In this document: positions 20,454 through 28,657 of the stretch, piece after piece
How positions within the stretch are numbered: position 1 is the first letter of the stretch
How the letters are laid out: each line of letters begins with the position of its first letter
Source of the DNA: a virus
Taxonomy: Duplodnaviria > Caudoviricetes
Reading direction: 5' to 3' (one strand)
Virus record (IMG/VR): IMGVR_UViG_3300042484_001556
Span: 2,123 to 66,122 of that record
Length of the DNA stretch: 64,000 bases
The notes under the pieces: generated by a model
Told to the model about the DNA's origin: nothing
Databases searched by the model: none
What the model saw: the letters and a program-made list of their open reading frames with translations, nothing else
Position numbers and translations under genes: made by a program

Positions 20454-22115
20454 ATGGCAACTATACTACCTAGTAATTTTACTTCGAATTCATTATCTGG
20501 ATCATTTACTGTTCAAAATGGTTTAGCCAATATAACACTTCGCACGGTTCCTTATGCATTAGAGGGGGACAAACCGTTTGTTATTAAAATTCGCAGAAAT
20601 GGTATAACCGGCGATGTTATTGCAACATCTCCGCCAATCGTATTACGAGATACTAGCTCTATTGTAAGTTTAACTGCAAATGTTTCATCTATAGCTGAAG
20701 GAAATCTTGTAAGTTTTACTTTTGTTACGGCAAATGCAACAAATAATGCAAATATATTTTATTCAGTATTTCCAGTAACAGCGAATTTAACATTGTCTGA
20801 TTTTTATGGTTCTAATGTAGGAATTGCTACATTAGTAGATAATCAAGCAACTTTCTCATTATATGCAAACACCGACGCAGGTTATGTAAATGAAGATGGC
20901 GAAACATTTAAAGTACAAATAAGAACTAATTCTGCTTCAGGTAACATTGTTTATACGTCATCTAATGTAGCAATATTAGACACATATAAAGCATTTAATG
21001 TATTCGGCTTTGTTGAAAGTATTTCTTCTGTGGTTGAGGGAGCTAACGTAACATTTACAATTACTGCACATAATGCGGATGCAGGTACATTATACTACTC
21101 TACTACAGGTAATGTTACAAGTTCTAGCTTCGTATCCGGTAATACTGGATCAGCTGTTGTTAGTGGTACTACTGCTACAATATTATTACAAACAACCTCC
21201 ACCGTGCCTGCCCTTGAAGAAAGAACATTCCAATTAAAACTTAGTCAGACATCGGCATTTGGACCAACCATAGCAACTAGCAACACGATAACTATAATAG
21301 ACTCTGCATTGGCATATATTAATGCAACAGGCGGCGATCTAGTTACTGTTGCTGGTGGTTACAAGACTCATAGATTCTATACTTCTAATGCATTAGTCAT
21401 TACTGGATTAGGTACTCCTGCAGGCAGAACACTTGATTATCTAGTTGTTGCTGGCGGTGGCGGTGGCGGTGGCGGACTATACGGTGGTGGTGGCGGTGGC
21501 GCTGGCGGTTTTAGAACAAGTGCAGTTACTGTCACTACTGCGGGGAATGTAACTGTTGTCGTTGGTGCGGGAGGGGCACAGGCGACTTATATCGCACCTG
21601 GTGCTTCAAGTATGTTTAGCGGAAATCCATCTTCAATCAATGCCCCATATGTATCTATTGATTCAGCTGGCGGCGGGCACGGCGGCGGTTATCCGGTCTC
21701 ACCTAGCGGCGCCGGCGGCGGTTCAGGTGGCGGTGGCGGACATTCGGCAACTTATCCCGCAGGTGGCGGTACTCCTGGTCAAGGAAATCCTGGCGGTATT
21801 CTATACGGCGGAGGTGGAGGCGCATCGGCTGCTGGTACGAATGGCGGCGCTGGTAGCGCCAACCCTAAGGGTAATGGAGGAGATGGTTCAACCACACCGT
21901 TTACTCCTGGCGAATATTTTGCAGGTGGAGGTGGCGGTGGCAAAGAAACGATGCCACAGCCCGCATCCGTTGGGTCGGGTGGATTAGGTGGCGGTGGACC
22001 TGGATTATCCGCCGCAACTGTTAATACTGGAGGCGGAGGCGGAGGCGGTGTACAATCAAATCCTTCTGGTGCAGGTGGTTCGGGTATTGTGATTATTCGA
22101 TATCCATACGCATAA
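20454..22115 (+). CDS. Calx-beta/Ig-like repeats plus Gly-rich adhesin-like tip, cassette 3
   Basis: Paralog of 12398 and 16849. YKTHRF...DYLVVAGGG...GSGIVIIRYP. Confidence 0.7.
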   Translation: MATILPSNFTSNSLSGSFTVQNGLANITLRTVPYALEGDKPFVIKIRRNGITGDVIATSPPIVLRDTSSIVSLTANVSSIAEGNLVSFTFVTANATNNANIFYSVFPVTANLTLSDFYGSNVGIATLVDNQATFSLYANTDAGYVNEDGETFKVQIRTNSASGNIVYTSSNVAILDTYKAFNVFGFVESISSVVEGANVTFTITAHNADAGTLYYSTTGNVTSSSFVSGNTGSAVVSGTTATILLQTTSTVPALEERTFQLKLSQTSAFGPTIATSNTITIIDSALAYINATGGDLVTVAGGYKTHRFYTSNALVITGLGTPAGRTLDYLVVAGGGGGGGGLYGGGGGGAGGFRTSAVTVTTAGNVTVVVGAGGAQATYIAPGASSMFSGNPSSINAPYVSIDSAGGGHGGGYPVSPSGAGGGSGGGGGHSATYPAGGGTPGQGNPGGILYGGGGGASAAGTNGGAGSANPKGNGGDGSTTPFTPGEYFAGGGGGGKETMPQPASVGSGGLGGGGPGLSAATVNTGGGGGGGVQSNPSGAGGSGIVIIRYPYA

Positions 22116-22152
22116 TAAATAATAAAATGTTAAAACAAAGTAAAGTATAAAA

Positions 22153-24324
22153 ATGCCAATAATTAACAAAGGTATATTTAATGTAAATTCTATTTATCTA
22201 CGAGATGTAGGTAACGATTGGCCTACTGCTCAAGTTATTTCTACTACTGATATAGTTGAGGGCACCAATGAATACTTTTCTAATTCAAAAGTGTATGCCC
22301 CTGCAGTTGTAGCGGTAACTCCGTTATTAACTACTGCAAATGTTGTAGAAACTACAAATCAATACTTTACCAATGTTCGTGTATCTCAGGTTATTGATCC
22401 AAAATTAACTACAGCAAATGTACTTGAAACTACTAATCAATATTTCACCAATGCGAAAGTTATTGCAACGGTTACTCCGTTACTAACTACTGCAAATGTT
22501 AATGAGTTAGGAAATTTATATTTTACAATTCCTCGAGTCTTTGAGGCGTTATCTTATGCAAATTTAGCCTTAAATAATTTAACACTTATCGGTGATCTTG
22601 AAGTACAAGGAAATGTTGTTACTTTAAACATTGGTACTTTAAATGTTGAAGATAAAAATATCTTATTGGCCAACGGCGCAATTAATGCGGCAGCTGCAGA
22701 TGGTGCAGGTTTCACAATTGCAGGTGCGCAAGCTAATATAGTATATCAATCCGCCGGTAATAAATTTTTAGTTAATAAAACATTAGATGTAATTATTGGC
22801 GATGTTAGAGCATCAGGTAATTTAATTGCAAATGGTCTAATAATTAGAAACATATCAGTATCAGATCAAGTACTTGCCGGAAATATTACGGGCACTTCTG
22901 TTACCGGTGCTAATATTTTAGCTGATAGTGTAACCGCAAATAGTTGGAATAGATTATATACTGCCAATGTAATTGAAACTGCCGGTAATTTATATTTTAC
23001 TACGCAAAGAGCAAGAGATTCATTTAGCGCCGGCGATTTTATCTCAATAACTAATGGGGTTATATCTGCTTCAGCAACAACTACTGTTGCAAATGATAGT
23101 ACTACAATACTAGCACAAGCGGATACGCTAAGTTATTCGATGGGCAGAACAATTTCTGATCCAAAAAACATATTAGTTGTAATTGAGGGATTATTGCAAT
23201 TACCGGTTACTGATTATGGTGTTACCGGATCTACGATAACATTTACAAGTCAGCCCCCAGTTGGGTCAAATATTGAAGTTAGATTCTTTGGTTCAGAATC
23301 GTTTACTACCTCATATCCTACATTAGTATCCACCGTGGATAGTTTTGTGGGTAACGGATCAAATGTAAATTATACGTTGTCCACAACGCCGGCGGGAATA
23401 AATTTTATTTCCGTTATTATAGATGGCGTGTTTCAACAAATTAATACATATACATTATCTGGCAAAACTTTAATATTATCCGAAGCCCCTAGTGCCAATG
23501 CAGATATTGATGTAAGAATAATTAGTGGCCCAGTAGGCGGGCAATATAACACCAGAACATTTGTTGGTGATAATACGACAAACACGTTTGTTGTTTCTTC
23601 TGGATTTACTCAAGATAGCATTTTAGTATTTGAAAATGGCATTGCCCAAGTACCAACTACAGATTATACTTATGATTTAGGTGTATTAAGATTTGTATCG
23701 CCGCCGGCAACGAATGTTGTTATACATATTAGAGAATTAAGTACAGCTGGGCCAAATCTTATTGCCGCTATACGAGGAACAGATATAGTAACGGGCAATT
23801 TAATACCAATTGCAGATGTTACGTATAATTTGGGTAGTCCTACCAAAAAATACAAAACTTTATATTTAAGTGCAAATACTATATTTTTAGGTAATAGTAG
23901 TATTAGTATAAATGACAATTCTATTGCAATTAGTTCATCGGGGCAAACTTCTACATTAGCTGTACAGGGACGGGATCTACAATCTAGTAATATTATACCT
24001 GAAACTAGCGGAATATCTACGTTAGGTAGCGATAATAAAAAATATAAAACTTTGTATTTGGAACCGGCTAATTCTTTGGTAATAGGTAATACTACTATAG
24101 GTGTTACCGGTACTTCATTATCCGTTAGCTCACCTATCAAATTAAAAAGTTATTCTACAATAGATTTAAATAGTTTAACTAGTTCTGTAGGAGATATAGT
24201 TTTTAATACTACTGTAGCAACAGTACAATATTACAATGGGGAATCTTGGGCTAACATAGGAGCATCCGCTTCTGGGGGTTCAGACAATAAAACAGTAGGA
24301 TACGCTTTAGTATTCGGAGGATAA
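22153..24324 (+). CDS. Fibre carrier protein, cassette 4, with three small beta-domain repeats
   Basis: MPIINKG start, three VxxxGxxQxxxxxY...PxxxxxIxxR repeats and a hydrophobic end KTVGYALVFGG. Confidence 0.65.
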   Translation: MPIINKGIFNVNSIYLRDVGNDWPTAQVISTTDIVEGTNEYFSNSKVYAPAVVAVTPLLTTANVVETTNQYFTNVRVSQVIDPKLTTANVLETTNQYFTNAKVIATVTPLLTTANVNELGNLYFTIPRVFEALSYANLALNNLTLIGDLEVQGNVVTLNIGTLNVEDKNILLANGAINAAAADGAGFTIAGAQANIVYQSAGNKFLVNKTLDVIIGDVRASGNLIANGLIIRNISVSDQVLAGNITGTSVTGANILADSVTANSWNRLYTANVIETAGNLYFTTQRARDSFSAGDFISITNGVISASATTTVANDSTTILAQADTLSYSMGRTISDPKNILVVIEGLLQLPVTDYGVTGSTITFTSQPPVGSNIEVRFFGSESFTTSYPTLVSTVDSFVGNGSNVNYTLSTTPAGINFISVIIDGVFQQINTYTLSGKTLILSEAPSANADIDVRIISGPVGGQYNTRTFVGDNTTNTFVVSSGFTQDSILVFENGIAQVPTTDYTYDLGVLRFVSPPATNVVIHIRELSTAGPNLIAAIRGTDIVTGNLIPIADVTYNLGSPTKKYKTLYLSANTIFLGNSSISINDNSIAISSSGQTSTLAVQGRDLQSSNIIPETSGISTLGSDNKKYKTLYLEPANSLVIGNTTIGVTGTSLSVSSPIKLKSYSTIDLNSLTSSVGDIVFNTTVATVQYYNGESWANIGASASGGSDNKTVGYALVFGG

Positions 24325-24325
24325 A

Positions 24326-24697
24326 ATGGCAGCACCCAATTTAATCGGCGCAACAACAATTAACGGAAAAACTTCCGGAATAAGTTTAACAACTACAGTA
24401 GCAACTACTGTATTAAATAATCCGGCAAGTTCTGGCAAATGCTTAAAAATTAATACATTAAATGTGAGTAATTATAGTGCTTCATCTGCAACTATAACGG
24501 TATCATACAACACTGGTGCTAATTTAACCGGTACATCATTTCAAATTGTAGCAAACGTAACTATTCCGTCGTATGCGACTTTGAATATTATTGATAAATC
24601 TAGTCAATATTATTTAGAAGAAAATAGATGTTTAGCTGCAACCGCAGGTACTGCAAATACAATAATATTAACTACAAGCTATGAGGATATTAGCTAA
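24326..24697 (+). CDS. ~120-aa fibre adaptor-like protein (copy 2)
   Basis: KINTLNVSN...IPSYATL...YYLEE...SYEDIS, same fold pattern as 10968. Confidence 0.6.
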   Translation: MAAPNLIGATTINGKTSGISLTTTVATTVLNNPASSGKCLKINTLNVSNYSASSATITVSYNTGANLTGTSFQIVANVTIPSYATLNIIDKSSQYYLEENRCLAATAGTANTIILTTSYEDIS

Positions 24698-25647
24698 TGG
24701 TTAAAAGGTATCAAGGTGGATTTATTTCTGCCACTAGAGCATCCACCTCTCTTTCCTCAGCAAGCGGAGTATATGACGCACTATCTACAGTTTCACAATT
24801 AAAAACTGCAGGTTATTGGCCAGGATCTTTATTTACCTTTGAAGTATTAATTGTGGGGGGCGGTGGCGGCGGCGGTGGCTGGAGACAATCCGGCGGCGGT
24901 GCTGGTGGGTTATTATATTATGGTAATAATACTACAACAAAAACACCAAATGGTCCAGAATTAACAGCAACAATTAATCAAGCATTTACTGTTACTATTG
25001 GATCGGGATCTAGTGGTACTTCTAGTGGCGCAACACAGGGTGGACATACTACCTTTGATGTATATACTGCGATAGGAGGGCAAGGATCTAATTATCGTGC
25101 GGCTGCAGGCGGTTCTGGCGGTGGAGGCCCGGGTGGCGGAAACTTAGGTAGCGGTGGTGCAGGCACAGCGGGTCAAGGTAATCCCGGCGGAACAAGTGTA
25201 TCTGGAGGTTGGGGCGGTGGTGGTGGCGCCGGAGCTGCAGGTGGTAGCGGAACTTCCCCTGCGACGGGTGGGGTAGGTGGGGTAGGTCTACAGTACAGCG
25301 AATTTTCTGCAGTAGGCGGCTCGCCCGCAGGATGGTTTGCCGGCGGTGGCGGTGGAGGAGCACAAACTAATGGTGGCATTGGGGGGTTAGGCGGCGGTGG
25401 AGCTGGCGGTACGCCCGCAACATCTGCAGAAGGACAAAATGCTATTGCTAATACTGGCGGAGGCGGTGGAGGTGACAGCGATATTCACCGTAGCGACACT
25501 GGAGGAAATGGCGGATCGGGAGTAGTAATTGTAAGTTACCGAGGTACGGTTGCGCGAGGAACAGGGGGAACAATTAGTACATCTGCTAGAACAAATTATG
25601 TTGTACATACATTTAATTCTTCAGGCACATTTACATTCACAGGTTGA
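24697..25647 (+). CDS. Gly-rich adhesin-like tip protein
   Basis: EVLIVGGGGGGG...GSGVVIVSY...YVVHTFNSSGTF. Confidence 0.7.
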   Translation: MVKRYQGGFISATRASTSLSSASGVYDALSTVSQLKTAGYWPGSLFTFEVLIVGGGGGGGGWRQSGGGAGGLLYYGNNTTTKTPNGPELTATINQAFTVTIGSGSSGTSSGATQGGHTTFDVYTAIGGQGSNYRAAAGGSGGGGPGGGNLGSGGAGTAGQGNPGGTSVSGGWGGGGGAGAAGGSGTSPATGGVGGVGLQYSEFSAVGGSPAGWFAGGGGGGAQTNGGIGGLGGGGAGGTPATSAEGQNAIANTGGGGGGDSDIHRSDTGGNGGSGVVIVSYRGTVARGTGGTISTSARTNYVVHTFNSSGTFTFTG

Positions 25648-25650
25648 TAT

Positions 25651-26055
25651 ATGGCACATTTTGCAAGATTAGATAATTTTAACACGGTTATAAATGTTAT
25701 TGTTGTTGCTAATGAAGATACATTAGTCGACGGCATTGAAAATGAACAAAAGGGCATAGAATTTTGCCAAAGTTTAATTCCAGGTAAATGGATTAAAACT
25801 AGTTACAATACCTCCGGCGGAAGACATTTATTAGGTGGCTTGCCTTTTAGAAAAAATTATGCTTCTATTGGTTATAAGTATGATCCCAACCGAGACGCAT
25901 TTATTCCTCCGCAACCTCATATGAGTTGGACACTGAATGAAACAACCTGTTTATGGGAAACCGCGGTAGAACATACCAAAGATGGTGAAACTTGGTCTTG
26001 GGATGAAGCTTTGCTTGATTGGGTAAAAGTAACACCCGTCGTAACTTTACCTTAA
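25651..26055 (+). CDS. Gly-rich-tip-associated small protein (fibre assembly/chaperone-like)
   Basis: MAHFA...WIKTSYN...FRKNYA.IG..YD..RDAF..PQP..SW.L.E.TC.W; paralog of 52355. Confidence 0.55.
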   Translation: MAHFARLDNFNTVINVIVVANEDTLVDGIENEQKGIEFCQSLIPGKWIKTSYNTSGGRHLLGGLPFRKNYASIGYKYDPNRDAFIPPQPHMSWTLNETTCLWETAVEHTKDGETWSWDEALLDWVKVTPVVTLP

Positions 26056-26062
26056 ATACTTT

Positions 26063-26587
26063 ATGAAAAAAGAACACGAATTAGGATATTTTGGAAATAT
26101 TTGGGTTAGGCAAAATGTTTTAGAGAATGAGGGCGACGAATCTGAAGGCCACATTCATTTATTTGATCATGTTAGTTTACTAGCACGCGGATCAGTCAAA
26201 GTTACTATAGATGGGTATCCTCCAAGGCAGTTTGTTGCCCCTACATTCATTGTTATTAAAAAAGAACATAGGCATAAATTTACTGCAATAACTGATGATG
26301 TACTTTGGTACTGCGTATTTGCAATACGAGATGAAGCTGGGGAATTATCCGATATATATCCCGAAACAAGTAGTCCATTTTTTATTGCAGAGGTTGGAGA
26401 TAACTATTGGGACAATAGAAAAAAATTAGAAGATCTAAGTATTGATATAGACCATAAACCTTTTCCTAGTTGGAGTTTTGACAATACTTTGTTAAAATGG
26501 AAAGCCCCTACTGCATATCCTCAAGACGGAAAACTATACATATGGAATGAGGAGTCGTGCAAATGGATTCGCAATCTTCAAGTTTAA
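26063..26587 (+). CDS. Cupin-like protein fused to a Trp-rich C-terminal module
   Basis: GHIHLFDHVSLLARGSV...IKKEHRHKF. C-terminal KPFPSW...W.AP..YP.DG..Y.W.E resembles the ends of 25651 and 52355. Confidence 0.55.
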   Translation: MKKEHELGYFGNIWVRQNVLENEGDESEGHIHLFDHVSLLARGSVKVTIDGYPPRQFVAPTFIVIKKEHRHKFTAITDDVLWYCVFAIRDEAGELSDIYPETSSPFFIAEVGDNYWDNRKKLEDLSIDIDHKPFPSWSFDNTLLKWKAPTAYPQDGKLYIWNEESCKWIRNLQV

Positions 26588-26663
26588 TAATTGAGCATAA
26601 CATAAATAAAAGAATATTGACCAATATACTCAAAATAACATTTTAAGACTTAGAGAAACCTAA

Positions 26664-27125
26664 ATGGCAAGACGAATAAGTAGGTTACAAATTAATGCAG
26701 GCACCGCTAGTAATAATGATATATTGGTGGTAGAGGGCAACGACTTAGTTTATAAAAATCTTGCAAATATCTATGCTGGGATAAGTCCAAATTCAAATGT
26801 TGAGGGTAACATTAGATTTACCGGTTCCGTTACAGCTAATTCATTTGCTTCTACCGGTTTCGGCGTACCAACATTAACATCCGCAACAAACATCAATTTA
26901 AATGCAAATGGGTATAATGGCGGCGCAGTTGTAATACAAAATTCGGCATTACGATTAAGAAGTTATTCCACATTGAATTTGACAAGTTTAACCTCAACGT
27001 CCGGCGATGTAATATATAATTCTAATACAGCAACGGTGCAATATTACAATGGCTCATCTTGGGCAAACATTGGTGCAGGTGCATCTGCAGAATCAGTAAG
27101 CCCATTTTTACTAATGGGAGCATAG
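26664..27125 (+). CDS. Short fibre/linker protein
   Basis: N-terminal ~135 aa is paralogous to 28658. Ends VSPFLLMGA. Confidence 0.6.
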   Translation: MARRISRLQINAGTASNNDILVVEGNDLVYKNLANIYAGISPNSNVEGNIRFTGSVTANSFASTGFGVPTLTSATNINLNANGYNGGAVVIQNSALRLRSYSTLNLTSLTSTSGDVIYNSNTATVQYYNGSSWANIGAGASAESVSPFLLMGA

Positions 27126-27134
27126 GGAAATCAT

Positions 27135-27464
27135 ATGGCAACAACATACAAAGTTTTAGGACAAGTTAATCCCGCATCAAATACATTCACTACGCTGTAT
27201 ACGGTTCCGGCGGCAACAAGTACAGTTGTATCTACAATTAATGTGTGTAATCAAGGCATAGCTAACGATACTTTTAGAATTGCAATTAGGCCAGGCGGCG
27301 AAACATTAGTTCCAAAACATTATATATCTTTTAACACTGTGGTTCCTGCATATGATTCTATTAGTTTAACAGTCGGAATAACATTAGCTACAACTGATAT
27401 AATCACCGTGTATGCAAATGCATCTACAACAAGTTTTAATGTGTTTGGTTCGGAGATTAGTTAA
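27135..27464 (+). CDS. ~110-aa fibre adaptor-like protein (copy 3)
   Basis: MATTYKVLGQ...TLYTVPAA...VCNQ...SFNVFGSEIS; close paralog of 47625. Confidence 0.65.
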   Translation: MATTYKVLGQVNPASNTFTTLYTVPAATSTVVSTINVCNQGIANDTFRIAIRPGGETLVPKHYISFNTVVPAYDSISLTVGITLATTDIITVYANASTTSFNVFGSEIS

Positions 27465-28591
27465 TGGCGATAAAAACGCACAGCCTCCAAAAAATCAGCA
27501 CTAGGTTTACAAATGTCTTGGGACTTAATAATCCTAGACTAACTATTCCTGTTGAATATTTGGTAGTTGCGGGTGGCGGTGGTGGCGGCGCAAATGATGC
27601 TGCAGGCGGTGGTGCCGGCGGCCTTAGAACTGCAACTGGATTAGCTACGGCTATTGGAGTCCCGATTACTGTTACAGTCGGCGCCGGAGGATCGGGCGGT
27701 GTTAATAACACTACTGGAACTCAAGGTTCAAATTCTGTATTCTCCTCAATTACATCTACTGGCGGTGGTTTTGGTGGAGCCGACGACAACACCCCCACCG
27801 CGCCTTTGAGGTATGGTGGAGCCGGTGGTTCTGGTGGCGGTGGCGGTGGCGGATCAAATCCGGTGGGTGGAGTTAACGGTGGTACTGGAATAGGCGGACA
27901 AGGCAACAATGGCGGCAACAGCGGCACTAGTCAAGCTCCCGGGTACGGAGGTGGTGGTGGTGGCGGCGCAGGCGCAGTCGGCGCATCATGCACCAGCGGC
28001 GGCAATGGTAATGGTGGTGTTGGTTTAATCTCAACAATTACGGGTACGACCACAAGTACAAGTAGTGTGGCAATGGGCACTGGCACAAAAACATTTACTG
28101 TTGCGTCTGGTTTAAGTTATACCGCCGGCCAGCCAATACGAATGTACTATGACGTATCAAATTATATGTATGGGGCAGTTGCAAGTTATTCCGGATTATC
28201 TTTAACCGTAACGGTGGCTTCGATTGTCGGTTCAGGTACATATGCTTCTTGGAATATTGATTATATATATGCCGGCGGCGGCGGGGGCGGATCAAGAGGT
28301 ACTGTAGGTACGGGCGGAGCAGGCGGGGGCGGGGCAGGAGCTCCATCCGGGGGTGGCGTAACGGCAACAAGCGGAACTACAAACACTGGCGGCGGTGGTG
28401 GTGGCACTGGCAATGATTGGGAAAATGGCGGTCAAACTGGTAATGCTGGCTCTGGCGGATCGGGTATCGTTATTATACGATACGCTGACAGTTATGCAGC
28501 AGCAACTGCGACTACAGGATCGCCCAATATAACAGTTACAGGTGGGTACAGAATATATAAATGGACGTCGTCTGGATCAATTACATTTTAA
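27464..28591 (+). CDS. Gly-rich adhesin-like tip protein with an inserted beta-domain
   Basis: VEYLVVAGGG...GSGIVIIRY...YRIYKWTSSGSITF, interrupted by a non-Gly-rich ~70-aa insert. Confidence 0.7.
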   Translation: MAIKTHSLQKISTRFTNVLGLNNPRLTIPVEYLVVAGGGGGGANDAAGGGAGGLRTATGLATAIGVPITVTVGAGGSGGVNNTTGTQGSNSVFSSITSTGGGFGGADDNTPTAPLRYGGAGGSGGGGGGGSNPVGGVNGGTGIGGQGNNGGNSGTSQAPGYGGGGGGGAGAVGASCTSGGNGNGGVGLISTITGTTTSTSSVAMGTGTKTFTVASGLSYTAGQPIRMYYDVSNYMYGAVASYSGLSLTVTVASIVGSGTYASWNIDYIYAGGGGGGSRGTVGTGGAGGGGAGAPSGGGVTATSGTTNTGGGGGGTGNDWENGGQTGNAGSGGSGIVIIRYADSYAAATATTGSPNITVTGGYRIYKWTSSGSITF

Positions 28592-28657
28592 ACTGCATTC
28601 CCGTATCATAAGATTGTTACATCATAAATATAGATATTAGTACACAAGAAAAAGTAA

